NCBI RefSeq assembly: GCF_964355755.1
Contig: NC_092672.1
Coordinates: 30,014,437-30,078,436 of the forward strand
Reading direction: 5' to 3'
DNA: 64,000 bases
DNA from: Antedon mediterranea
Lineage: Eukaryota; Animalia; Echinodermata
This document shows positions 11,601 to 24,800 of the stretch, piece after piece. Each line of letters begins with the position of its first letter. Position 1 is the first letter of the stretch. The notes beneath the pieces were generated by a model that did not search any database, was not told the DNA's origin, and saw only the letters and a list, made by a program, of their open reading frames with translations. A program made the translations under genes and the position numbers.

Positions 11601-14600
11601 GCTTGTGATTGGTCAAATCTCTTACGTTGCGTTACGTCGTTTTGTTGCGTCTCTAGTGGGAACCAAGCATTAGGGGCCAAAATGTGGTCAAAATGGCCCA
11701 CTTTTCCTCACTTTCGATTTAATTTTGCTTAGGCTAGGGGTAGTAAGCTATCAAATTGACCAGAACTGTGTGGTAGGAAATTGTTATAAAGTATTTTAAT
11801 TAGCCCTGGAAAGGGGGTGGGGATGTATGCCTGTCACCAAGACCGAAACTGTACTGGGAATGTTTTAAACTACATCTGAAAACAGGTACTGAGGGATTAT
11901 GAGTTAGTAGTGATGGCTAACATAATTTGTACTGGAAACGTCTTAAACACAATCACCCAGTATCTGGGATGTTTTGGGAGGGAGGAAGAGGGGCGGAAAT
12001 ACTGGCGTAATGAAGTATAACGTAATTGGAATTGTACTAGGAAAAGTTACTACATTTGAACTGTCCATGGGAGGAGTTTGTTTTTGTGGCTGGGATGGTG
12101 ATAGGAGAAAGAAGGCTGGGGGCCGCAGTATCTAAATTATATATATCAGCCAATATGACACCTATTCATTTACACAGTTTACAACGTACTTAAAACATAG
12201 GCCTATCATAGCTATGTATACCCCTAACCCTAAAGTTGAATTGACATTTGTCCTGGGAAGAATTTGTTTTTAAAAAAGAGTGTGGGATGTTATTGAAGAG
12301 GGGTGGAGGTTGGCGGGTATAGGGACACTGGGGTCTGAGAAGGCTTTAAACTCATTTAGAAAGCCGCCCTGTGGCGGGTATAATTGCCAGTAAGGTATAA
12401 ATACACTTGTTTTATATTGTGGTCCTGTCTGAGATACAAACATTGAAATACAAGTTTCACTTTTATGAAAAGAAATGAGATCTATAATTTAGATTTAGAA
12501 TTAATTGTTGCTGAATATTTGATATCAATGTAAGTTGTTCCATACTTTTACAACTCCGACTTTGAACGATTAGGTAATTCAAGGGTCATAGTAGGGGTAT
12601 TATATATCTATTATATAGAGAACATTGACAACTTTAGACAGCCTTATATTTAGACAATCCTATGAGAAATGACTATTTTAGAACATTGTGTTGAAACAAC
12701 AAAAAGTATTTAAATTTATTTTTTAGTGGCGGCCATTTTGAAATCCAAGATGGCCGACAGATTTTCGCTATACATAGTTAAGATTGTATAATGTGTAATA
12801 CTATCAAAACGGACTTGTTCCACATTCATAATTTGTGTTATTGGTGATATTCTGGTTTTAAATAGGGTTATTTGAGTATTGGCGGCCATCTTGAATTTGG
12901 TCCTTTAAATTTCTTTAGAAAAAATGACAACATATTTTTTTTCATTCCTTATATTATCAAGATATGAAATAAAGTCAAAGTTTGCTTTTAACAAAAAATA
13001 TACACGACATTCATATAAACGACATACCAGCCTACATTAATATTGATAATGGTGTTATCAGCCTACAGTTACAAATGCTGCCTTGGTTGAGGAACATAGT
13101 TTAGAGTAATTAAGTAAAAAAAATTGCTTTCCATCTTTGGTAAAACTGACTATTTATGAGGAAAATTAGTGTGCTAGAAGAAAATGTTAAAATGCAATAC
13201 ACATATGAACATAAAATAAGCAATTTTTAGTCGCGTGGACGCCACTCTATAGTTCACTATGTCGGTCGGTCTGTCGGTCTGTCTGTCTGTCGGTCCGGTA
13301 TCACTATGCGTTTTATCGCTTTCTGACCTTATTTTGATAACAGTTTAATCTAGCTAAGTCAATTTTTCACAGTATATTCCTTATTGCCATGAGTGCGCAG
13401 ATTTTTGCGTGCGCACTGCGCGTTAAATGTTATTGCGCACTCTTTTTGCCCGATTTCTGTTTTCTTGACTTACTTTTCAACTCGAAATTACGTTATACGA
13501 GCACGTCAAAAGTGACTACGCACGTGTAAATTAAAAAAATATTAATGTTTTTAAGCATTTCAACATTTTTAAACATGTTCAGTAATTTCGGTCAGTTGGT
13601 AGGTCGGTCGGTCGGTCGGTAAACACTAATGAGCACGCGACTGCAGCCATCTATATGGCCTTGTTTAATCAAATAGTCCCTACAATTGTTGCTGCAGGGA
13701 GTACTATTACTACTAATTAATTTAAATACCTTGTATTTTAAGAGGCGTCTTTTTGGAAAATGATGCTATGGATGCCACAGCAATAAATGGAAATCCCAAA
13801 GTTTGTATAAAGAGACATGAGATGAACCAAGCAACATTGCCATCAAAATCACCTGAAAATAAATAGAAAAAAAAAGTGTGATGTGCTCATCATTGTGTTT
13901 TTTTGTAACATAAAGTTTGATAGTATAGACATATTATTGGTAGTAACTTTAATAATCTATCTGCAATTCTATCTTGAACCTTATAAAGGTTTTGTTTTTG
14001 AGAGGACTCTATTATACTACAACAAATATATTTGTATACGTTTTGGCCTATATTGAAAACTCTTCAAATTAAATATATTGTTTATATAATTTAATCACCA
14101 TTTTATACATTATGATTTATTACATTTAAGGACATCTCATAATGTATAATGTATTAATTCTATAACGAAATAAATAATGTTTATTTGAATTGAACAACTG
14201 TGGCATTTACCTGGTATTGCCCTTGGTAAAAAATATAGCAAGATAACTAATGGTAGAATTTCTGTAAGTAACCCAATAATTGATAAAGTTCTATCTTGAC
14301 AATGTTTGCTCATCCATCGAACAAAGAAATATCCAATAATCAACTGCAGAATATTAATAATATGCAAGTTACATTTAACGACACACATAAGAAATTACAC
14401 AACAAATAAAAAGAAAAAATGTAAATCCTACCAGGAACATAAATAATCTATTTAGAAAAAAATACTTTCAGTAAGCTGTCAATTATCCAGTAAAACAGTC
14501 TTTTGACCAGTTCTTTGATCAAGGAAACCAGAGTATTGAATTTAGTAAACCATTCTTAATTCTAGTAAACTGGTTGTTAAACTGGTTGTTAATCTAGTTA

Positions 14601-14684
14601 ACCGCGGTCTTTATTGGACCAGTTTTTATTGTTGTAAACCAGTTTTTATTCTAGTAAACCAGTCTTTAATCTAGTAACCCAGTC

Positions 14685-14739
<55 letters not shown>

Positions 14740-17700
14740 GTAAACCAGTCATTCTAGTATGCCAGTTTGTATTCCAGAACCAGTGTTTAAACTAGTCTAG
14801 TATTCATGTCTTTAATCTAGTAATTCTCTACCTCAAATCCAGCTCCACAGTACAGCAGACTATTTGGTATTTCTCCAAATGAAAGAAATCTTTCTGCAAG
14901 TGGCGTGATTGAAGCCTATAAGAAACAATATTTGACATGGTTTTAGCACATTATCTTGGTTTAAAATCAGATCGAGTAAGCTTACACTTAGCGAAGAGTT
15001 TATACAGTAGCTCAGGATTTAGTAAGGAGTGGGCTTACAACTACCAGGTGTGGGCTTACAACCACCAGGTGTGGCCTTATATGACAGGATGGCCTTACCG
15101 AGTCACAGCAGCCTACATTAAATGTTTCACACTTACCTCAAGAGCTGTTTGGTTGAACAAAAAAACAAACTGAGCAAATAAAATTACTACGATTTCTTCC
15201 CTTACCAATTCTAAGCAAAGAAAACAATTGATAGATAAAAATGACCACCAGCAAATAAAAAAAAAAGGAACAAACTGGGAAGTAAATTTCATGAAAGGTT
15301 ATGAGATGCAAGAATTACAAATAATTTACCATTTATCTTTTGAAAAAATGTCATATCCTTGTATCTCATTTTAAGTATAAGTGAGAATTCCATGTCTTCT
15401 TCATTTTTATTCTTTACTTCTTCCTCATTATTTACAGTAACTGTTCCGTAATCTGAACTTTGAACCTCTACGTTTTTATAAACACCATTTGAATTTGAAA
15501 ACAATTTATTTTCATCAATATCACATCTTGTAGAACGAACTGGTTGCCTTCTCATTTTACCCGATTCTTCAATTCTCTCATACAAATCAGTATTAAGTCT
15601 TTTATTAGCCACGCCATTGGTTGATGATTGACCTTTGACCTGTTCATCAACATTTGATTCATCACTGACCAATGGAAGATCGAAGTAAATAAAAATCATT
15701 AGTATCTGCAGTAGGATCCACATGATCATCATAAACAACTAAAAAGAAATGAAAAAAAAATTGCTTCAAAATTGTCAATAGTTTCAGGATTTTCTTCTAG
15801 CCTCTAATTGTTGGTAATAACATCCACATGTAAATCAGACATAAAATCAATAATCCTTACCCCTGGTGATGTAAAATCATTGACCTCAAATGGGCCAATC
15901 TTGAAATCAATCTTAGATAAAAATAAGTTAAATCCAGGACCAAAGACAATTCCAAACTCACGCGAAGCCATGGCCATTGATATCACTGCTGTACGTTTAT
16001 TGGCGGGTGTGGTTCGTGAAATCTGCGAAAAGATAGTTGCTGTTACGCCTGCACCCACACCTAAAAAGTAAAATAAAGAAACACAATGTAAGTACTGGAA
16101 TTAAAAGTTCTACATATACAAAAATGAAAAATTATCCGATTTTCAAAAATTGTCAATGAATGTAGAAAATAACAGCTAAAACAAAATTACCTGCTAAGAA
16201 TCTAGCCGCTAACAAAAAATACTGACTTCTACCAACAAAGTATAAGAAGTTACCTGAAAAAATGTCAAACAAATTATTTTTAAATTATTAAGATTTAAAA
16301 ATAATATGAACATTGAATTTTATTGAATTATTTAAAAAATGAAGATTTTTTTATTACTAAAAATTGTATTGGAATCTGGTCCATACTTTTAGAAGCAGAA
16401 TTAAAATTTACAATCTGCAGATTTACATCCATACAGACAAAATAATTGAATTTATTAATTTGACCCAGTTAAGGAATCAAGATCAACAAGTTCTATCTTT
16501 TACAAATAATGTAGGGTCGATCACTTATATTTATTTAAGAGAGTTCTTTCACAATACATGTGAGAAAAATAGGTGACATTATTTATTGCAATGTTTGAAG
16601 TTTCATCAGCACTAGACATGTTAAACTGGACTCAAGGGTACTGGATTAAAAATAAATTGTCTAACAGTCTGTGACGTTTGATTGTGTTTACAGGTAGAAA
16701 TGTTTGTTTACTCAGTCTGGAGTCAAAATTAGTGTAGTCTAGACTACGCTCATTCAGACAACTAACTTTGCAGTTTGTCCAAGTTTGTCACCTAGTCAAC
16801 TTACACAGTCATCCCAGTCTACACAATTAACCAACCCCACTTTGGAATTGAGGAAAGTACCTTATGGAAATGATGTGAAACTTGTTTGTAAAAAAAGGTG
16901 CTTGCTTGCTGCAGTTTGCCGAAGTGTGTCAGCTGGACAACATTGTCAAATTTTAGAACATTTTTCTTGCCAAACTAGGAGTTTTCTCATTTTTGCAAAC
17001 AAATGTTTGCTAACTATAACTTATAGTGTAGACTACACTTAAATTTAGACTATATTTTGCAGTTTGTCACCTGGTCTATTTACACAGTCAAACTTTAGAA
17101 AGCTTTTCTCGCCAAACTATGATTTTGCTCACGATTTAAAAGGAAACTTTGGTCTCTGGTTGTCGGTGACTACACAGATAAGTCAAGTTTGGTCTTAATG
17201 TGTACTAAAAATGTAATTTCGTATGAAATTACATTTTACACACAATATAAAATGGAGTGAAAATTGTAAGCTTAAATAGTCATGCCTGTTTTTTTACAGA
17301 CATCTTTGCTCAAAAAGTACCTGTAGGCCTAACTCTTTGTATATTTAATAGTTTTTTTACTATACCGCCCACTATTTCCGGTAACACAAATTTTCAAATT
17401 TAAGAATAGATAAAAAAGTTATAAAAAAGAATATTATAATAAAATGTTACAAATAAAGAAAAAAAATGCGCAGAAAACTTACCAACAATTTCAAACATAT
17501 TTGCAAAAAGAATAAGTGATTTTGTCTTTGATGTTCTGTCCTGCACTATTCCAAATATCGGAGCTGCAACAAGTCCAGCGAAACTGAATGCAGATATAAC
17601 CATTCCAAGAAAATATTGCGGAGCTCCCAGATCCAAAAGGAATAGGTTCAGTGTTGGAATGATGACAGCTGTAGAAGGAAAAAAAGTCTACAGAGAGAGG

Positions 17701-17982
17701 TACTGTAAAATATTTGGTATATGGCCTTATATCGATGTTTGATTTATCACCCAATTCATACATAAATAATTCAAAACTTTAACTTATACCGTAGCTTCCC
17801 ACATTCCTCCTCACTTTAAAAAAGCAAAAATAAGCCTAGCTAGAAGCTAATAGTAGAGTATTATTGTGTCATATGGCACCACTGGGCCCTCGTTTACTGT
17901 ACCTACCGTATTCAATACCACCAAATAAAAAGATCAACCAACTGGCCACAGTTGTCAGTTTCTTTTTTGTATCCAGCTCCAT
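8674..17982 (-). CDS. MFSD8: MFSD8-like major facilitator superfamily transporter, copy A (11 exons, 539 aa)
   Basis: Exons (minus): 17907-17982, 17483-17668, 16191-16253, 15861-16060, 15330-15738, 15137-15210, 14832-14915, 14211-14343, 13730-13852, 9118-9248, 8674-8814; phases consistent. Motifs GGIEYAVIIPT, APIFG.QDRT (MFS motif A-like), RFLAGVG, FNQTALE, GQGIRRAVGN; C-terminal EETRPLL. The symbol is family-level (MFSD8-like), not proven orthology. Confidence 0.88.
11354..12390 (+). mobile_element. Non-autonomous Helitron-like element nested in the Academ-like element
   Basis: Starts A|TCTATAT followed by (gttt)n; ends with hairpin CCGCCctgtGGCGG then CCAG|T (CTAG-like); inserted between A and T with no TSD. 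Confidence 0.6.
11511..11671. mobile_element. Palindromic ~160-bp MITE (Harbinger/Tourist-like) nested in the Helitron-like element
   Basis: gcttggttcccactag...ctagtgggaaccaagc TIRs, inner tgaccaat.acaagcga / tcgcttgtgattggtca; partial relatives at about 42238-42345 and 51494-51606. Confidence 0.8.
13224..13666 (+). mobile_element. Helentron-associated (HINE/DINE-1-like) non-autonomous element
   Basis: T-run start, subterminal inverted repeat agtcgcgtg / cacgcgact, (GTCY/GGTC)n microsatellite, 3' hairpin gccatctatatggc, end cttgttt. Confidence 0.7.
14485..14825. repeat. agtaaaccagt-based minisatellite with (AAT)n in intron 7 of copy A (homologous tract at 23944-24220 in copy B)
   Basis: Repeated ctagtaaaccagt.tt units; (AAT) about 18 copies in A versus about 3 in B. 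Confidence 0.8.
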
Positions 17983-18829
17983 CTTCAAAATTTTAAATTA
18001 TGTGTTATTTTAAATATACGTAACAATTTAAAAATAAATTTTGCTTGCCTCTGAAAAGTTGGTGCACCTAGGAAAACAATGGTTAATCTATTGTTTTGTA
18101 ATAACCAGGGCTACATTGACAAGTGACAACTATGCAAATAGTCAGGAGGTATCTGTGATTACAGATAATGTGCGACTTCAGTGGAGCTACAGTACATGTT
18201 ACATGTTGGTTGTTTTCTTATAGCCTAAAGCTCTGTCTACACTATCAAACTAACAAAGTGTGATATGCGCAAATATGGTAGTGATATGCCATATATTTAT
18301 TGATAATTATGTAATCATAATCTGGAAGTGACTGTTATAGTTTATTTGTGTCTTATATAGCAACGAAAGTGAAAGATTGCGATTGCAAATCCTTTTTTTC
18401 TATCATCTAAGAGACAAATATGTAACAATATCATGTATATTTGCATGTAATACTACTAGTCAGGTTAAAAGAGTGTGCAATTTGTGGTGAAAGTTGGCAA
18501 CTTGTCTAAATATCTTAAGTGGGGGGGGGGGGGGGTGGGCTTTATGTGCATGAAACCGACTTAATTTGTTTTTACTAGTAGTAAGGATGTGCTTTCTGAA
18601 CACATGATTCCATAATTATATTTCTGAACAAATGAAAGGCCAAAATTTAACCAAAATTGTTTAATTGGAAAAAGACATTGCTGCAAGTTATTCTATAGAC
18701 TTGACAAAATGAATGACTACAGACAAATGAAGGATGACACTGCCTGGAATTTTGTTTCAATGAAACATAAAAATAAATTTGGATTTGGAAAACTAGGGCT
18801 CATAATGCTTAAAGCATCTATGCGTGTTA

Positions 18830-19240
18830 CAAACGCTAATGTAGAAAACACCAGCTAATGTAGAACGGTCACCAGCTTATGTAGTAACGAAAATTGCCTC
18901 TCAGCTTATGTAGTTACTATCGCAAGCTAATGTAGAAAATGGTATATTTGTTTAAACGAGTCTAAATCATGTGCAATGCATCGATCTTTACTTAGTTATC
19001 AGTCTTTCTAATTATTTAGAGATAAAGAGGTAGTGGTCCCTTAAAAAAAGTGGTCACTTACGAGAGGTGTGGTCGTTGAGAGGCGTGGTCGCTTACTAGG
19101 GGTGTTCGATTATGAGAAGCGGGCCTTTATGAGAGGGGGCGATCCCTTACGAGAGGTGGTCGATTAGAAGCAGTTCCTTAAACAGAGATGGTTGCTTCCG
19201 ATGTGTGGTCGTTTTAGAAAGTTGGTTGCTTAGAAGATGT
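18830..19240. repeat. Two short degenerate tandem repeats (agct.atgtag; gaggtggtcgcttacga-like), probably MITE interiors
   Basis: Four to five copies of gct(a/t)atgtag at 18835-18935; many gtggtc/ttacgagag variants at 19030-19240. Confidence 0.55.
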
Positions 19241-20809
19241 GGAAAAAGAGTGATAGTCATTTTTTAATTTCTATAATCAGCCGTTTTTTAAACAGTACGA
19301 GTCAAGGTCAAGGGTCAATAGTACAGAAAAATATATATTTACGTGTTTAATGCAATATTTTAGAATGTTTATAAGGATAATATAATATAATATAAAGCAT
19401 ATAAATGGACAATGACAAATTAAACAGAAAATAAAAATATCTCCAACGATACCAAACAGTACAGTATTTGGTAAAATTGCATGTTGACCTTTTTGACCTT
19501 TATTGGTCACGTGATTTGTTTAATTGCGCAATTTCTATGTAACTATGCGTTTATTGATATGGGTGTAATGGAATGAAATGATCAGTATCACATTATTATA
19601 TAGTATTTTATTTGTATTTATACGTATTGTATGAATTCGTATACGTTTACCGTCTGAGATAAGACACGCGCGCCTGTCTGCACAGCTCCAGATACGCAGA
19701 TAGAAGGTAAAAATCAGCACTGGTATAAGACAAATTGATCAATTTAATGCAATAATACAGTCAATCTAAAGATAATTGAAGTATTCCTAAAGCAGTAAAA
19801 TCTACAAACTTACATAAATTGTGCTGACTTTCTCTGATACGTTTTCTTTGACGATTTCGTATCCGCAACTGCTTAACACTCCCTTTGTAAACTTTGTCAC
19901 AAAAAAAAACTCTTCCACGGTCCATGCACTTAATTTCTATAGATGCACAGTATAATTGTTCTATTGAATTTCCTTTTGAAACCTAATTGTTAGATATTTA
20001 TCCAGGGTATAAATAACAAAGTACAACAACTAACTACAAATAACGGGAGGAAGACATGATTCGACGTTTTATCTTTATTTGATGATTTGACCATCATCAG
20101 GAAATGAACTAAATTTGAAAAGCAGACAATAACTACACGCATAAATATGTAAATGAGGTATGAATAATAATTGTAGCCATACAGGGTATTTCCATGGCTA
20201 AGACCTCACCAATTATAATTCCATTTTAATCAATTCTTATATAAAACAGGATAGAAGTTGTTGTGTATTCCGACGTAGGCGAATGCGAATCTAAAAACTC
20301 AGATTTGTGAATTAAAAAATACCGTATTTACCCTGCTAGGCCTCAGCTAAGAGGTACAGCGTGGCGGTGAATTGTTCACTCAAATTGTTTACTGGTATTT
20401 TCTTAAACACACCTACAATCCTAATACACGCAATACAAAGTATTTCACATCAATTACAGTAGTAATATTCTATTAAGTATCTCACTCAAATTGTATACCG
20501 TTAATTGTTCTGGTATTTTTGAAAACACATCTCAATCTGAATACACAATACATGGCGTTATACAATTTATAACTCCATGCACAATACAAGGATTTTGCAT
20601 CAATTAGCGCAGCGATGCGTATTGTATTGTATTCATATTAGAAAGTATTATTATTGCAACTGTCGAAGACTAGAGGTTTATTTGCCACTTTCTTTTCCAT
20701 TTTCTAAAACACATTTTATTTAATGAATGCCCTAATACTGTAAAACTATTCAATTTTTGATTCATATAAGTTTAACGTCGGTCAGCTAATAAACCGGGCG
20801 CCCAGAAGA

Positions 20810-21665
20810 TTTATTCATGTGAAAAGCCACAAAAGGTCTGATGGTCTGATTATGTAGATATTATGGCCAAGATTCAATAATCAATATTGCTGCCGGGTCC
20901 TATCCTGTAAATTTTCCCTTGGGACACCAAATAAGAGGGGTAAAAAAATGGATGTATTCATGTGAAAAGCCACACGGATAAAAGTTGTTGGACATTGTTC
21001 CCATATGTGTATACAATGCTAAAACAGCAATGACAGCAATTTTTTTCCTGTAAGTTGCCCGAGACAGTAGCCCCAAGTGACCACTAAAAAATGATGTTAT
21101 TCATGTCAAGAGCCACACGGCTAATTCCTTTCCATTGTAACTGTTACACATTGGGGTGCACAAAAATATCATTGACAGCAACTTCATCCTGTAAGTTGCC
21201 CCAAACAGTAGCCCCAGACAGTAGCCCCAGACAGTAGCCCAGAAATTTCCGTTGGGCCATACAAAATTTAATCACACGAATAGCCACACGGTCAATTCCT
21301 TTTTTATTGGTACTGTTACGTCTTGGGATAGACGAAAATACTCATGACAGCAACTTTATTCTGTAAGTTGCCCCATACAGTAGCCCAGAAATGCTCGTTG
21401 GGTCCGGGCCTACAAGATTTAATCACACGAAGAGCCACATGGCCAATTCCTTTTTTATCGGAACTGTTACGTTTTGGGATTGACGAAAAATACTCATGAC
21501 AGCAACTTTATCCTGTAGGTTGCCCCAGAGAGTAGCCCCAGACAGTTGGGTCCGGGCCTTCAAGATTTAATCACACGAAGAGCCACACGGCCAATTTCGT
21601 TTTTATTGGAACTTTTATGACTTGAAATATACGAATGTATTCACGACAGGAACTTTATTCTGAAC
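20810..21665. repeat. Degenerate ~150-bp tandem repeat (about 6 units) between copies A and B
   Basis: agccacacgg at about 20968, 21110, 21282, 21431 and 21581, with tgacagcaact...tgtaagttgcccc...cagtagccc in each unit. Confidence 0.8.
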
Positions 21666-21803
21666 TAAAAAGTGGAGGGAAACACTAAATAAAGAAGTAT
21701 GGAAAAAGACTGTTGGAATGGCAGATGACAAGATTTCATGCCGTAAAGCTGTTTGAATCAGGAGAAGATTGGCAATATGACGCATAAACATAATATTCCT
21801 GGT

Positions 21804-24800
21804 TTATGCGTCTGTTCCTTCTGTTGACAAGAGTGGCCGAGTTTCTTCATCTTCAAATCGACATGATTTCGGTTTGTTGACGACTAACGATTGCAGAGAT
21901 TTCTCTTCAGGAATATATAGTTGTTTCCAGGATACAAATGTCATAATCTTCAAGAAGATAAAAGAATGTATTGTTAATTTCTAAAATAAGGTAAAATGAT
22001 ATGGCTCCACTACCAAATACTTAAAACAGTAGAAAATTCTCCTTGAAACGTTGTGTACATTTAAGATACCATACTCCTCTTGAAAATCAAAAAATTCCTC
22101 AAAACCATCATTTTCAATCAATTTACAAGTCTACATTTATATCCCAATAGGAATAATATGATGAATGAAAAAATCTTTCCAAACGTGAATGTAAATTTAG
22201 AATCAACCTGTGGAAGATTAATACAAATTATAGTATGTTATACTATACTCACCAAGCATAACACAAGAATTGCAAGTAGAACAGACACCAAAATATATGG
22301 TTTATTTAAGGCACCGCCTGACCACAGAGGTCCAATGATGGTTGCTGTGTTACCAACAGCTCTGCGAATACCTTGACCAAAGCCTGCAATAATAAATAAA
22401 ATCTTCGATAGATTACCTATAGGCTACTTTAAAAAAAATGCAAGTCACAAGTTAATTTTTTCAAGAAATGTAAGTTTACAGATAAGGACATCGGCCTATA
22501 TGATAAAATAATAGATGTTGCGATGTGTGGATGTGAACCACTGGGGACAGTGAAAGAATAAGCAAGAATGAAACTTTTGAGACGGTGCTGGAGGAAAATG
22601 TGAAAATGCAATACACATGAACATGAATTGTCACTACAATTGTTGCTACACTACTATTACTACTAATTAATTTAAATACCTTGTATTTTAAGAGGCGTCT
22701 TTTTGGAAAATGATGCTATGGATGCCACAGCAATAAATGGAAATCCCAAAATTTGTATAAAGAGACATGAGATGAACCAAGCAACATTGCCATCAAAATC
22801 ACCTGAAAATAAATAGACATCGTCGTGTTTTTTGTCAAATAAAATTTGATAGTATAGACAGAGCTTTATATTAGTAGTAACTTTATCTGCAATTCTATCT
22901 TGAACCTTATAAAGGTTTTGTTTTTGAGAGGACGACTCTATACTTCAAAAAATATATTTGTAAACGTTTTGGCCTATATTGGAAACTCTTCGAATTGAAT
23001 AAAAAAAAAGGGGGTGGGGATGGAGAATAAAAATAGTATCTGATAGTAAATTATTATTATTATTAGATGGCTTCTCAAAATACAAAATATTATTTTCTTA
23101 AATTATACTTCTTGAGTTTTTTGCCTCTTTCAGTTTTTATATAATTTAATCCTTATCTTGGTGAAAAGGGAGGATACTACATTTTCCTCCCCTGAGTTTA
23201 TAGCCTCTCTACTCGAACACAAATAAGAACACAAATAAGATAGTTTACCAAGAAAATTTTAATCATGTATTTTACCGCCATTTTTCATTTCTACATTTTA
23301 ATTAACATCGTATCTAAAATTTTAAAAGGTAAAATGTATGGTTAATACTGGATTCTGGCATCTTATTATGTAAATATACCGGTATTTTAAGTACTCTAAA
23401 CACTTACTTTTAATTGTCACAAATGTACTTACATGTATATGTATATAATATATTCATCAATGAGAATTTAAATAAACGTGAGAAGAACTCACACAAGACA
23501 ACAACAAAATGTAATCCCCATTTGATACATTATGATTTATTGTATTTTTTTTTCAAAAAGAAAATCTCAGACTTTATAATGTATTCATTTTATAATGAAA
23601 GAAATAAATGTTAATTTGAATTGAACAACTAAACAGTGGCACTTACCTGGTATTGCCCTTGGTAAAAAATATAGCAAGATAATTAATGGTAGAATTTCTG
23701 TAAGTAACCCAATAATTGATAAAGTTCTATCTTGACAACGTTTGCTCATCCATCGAACAAAGAAATATCCAATAATCAACTGCAGAATATTAATAATATG
23801 CAAGTTATATTTAACGACAAACATCAGAAATTACACAACAAAGAAAAAAAATTTAATCCTACCAAGAACAGAAAATAGTCTAATCAGGAAAAAACATTTC
23901 CATGTTATGAATGGTGATTGCAGTAGTAAGTCTGTCAATTACTCAGTAAACAGTATTTAATTCAGTAAACCAGTTTTTTAATCAAGGAAACCACAGTGTA
24001 TTGAATTCAGTAAACCATTCTTAATTCTAGTAAACCGGTTTTTAATCTAGTAAACCGGTCTTTATTAAACCAGTTTTATTCTAGTGAACCAGTCTTTAAT
24101 CTAGTAACCCAGTCAATAATAATAGTAAACCAGTCATTTTAGTATGCCAGTTTGTAATCCAGTGAACCAGTTATTAATCCAGTAAGCCAGTCTAGTATTA
24201 CTGTCTTTAATCTAGTAATTCTCTACCTCAAATCCAGCTCCACAGTACAGAAGACTATTTGGTATTTCTCCAAATGAAAGAAATGTTTCTGCAAGTGGAG
24301 TGAGTGAAGCCTATAAGAAACAATATTTGACATAATTTTAGCACATTATCTTGGTTTAAGATTAGATCGAGTAAGCTTACACTTAGCGATGAGTTTATAC
24401 AGTAGCTTAGAATTGAGTAAGGAGTGGGCTTCTTACAACAACCAGGTGTGGGGTTATATCAGGTGTGGCTTACACGACAGGATGGCCTTACCGAGTCACA
24501 GCAGCCTACATTAAATGTTTCACACTTACCTCAAGAGCTGTTTGGTTGAACAAAAAAACAAACTGAGCAAATAAAATTACTACGATTTCTTCCCTTATCA
24601 ATTCTAAGCAAAGAAAACAATTGTTAGATAAAAATGAACACCAGCAAATAAAAAACAGCAACAAACTGGAAAGTAAATTGAAAGGTTATGAGATGCAAGA
24701 ATTATAAAATAATTTACCATTTATCTTTTGAAAAAATGTCATATCCTTGTATCTTATTTTAAGTATAAGTGAGAATTCCATGTCTTCTTCATTTTTATTC

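Larger units (their letters stand above)
9370..13039 (-). mobile_element. Degenerate Academ-like DNA transposon in intron 9 of copy A
   Basis: Termini TAGTGTAGGC (9370) / GCCTACATTA (13039); about 150 bp of imperfect TIR with aagatggc.gcc motifs; 3-bp flanking duplication ATA on both sides. Internal minus-strand transposase-like fragments HMESTHAFIKYFFAHDHLNYGRLLPLY (10600-10680), SWAA (about 11185) and LWDP (about 10280). Absent from the equivalent intron of copy B. Confidence 0.72.

Noticed and set aside
17630-17645. Apparent frameshift at the start of exon 2 in copies A and B (ORF track starts at MDLGAPQ)
   Set aside because: Length equals copy C (186 nt); it is a GAG to TTG substitution (LFLEDL to LFLLDL) that the ORF caller used as a start.
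20810-21665. Regularly spaced conserved motifs suggestive of a CRISPR array (also 49125-49430)
   Set aside because: Intervening sequences are homologous to each other rather than unique spacers, periods are 127-170 bp, no cas genes are present, and the context is eukaryotic.
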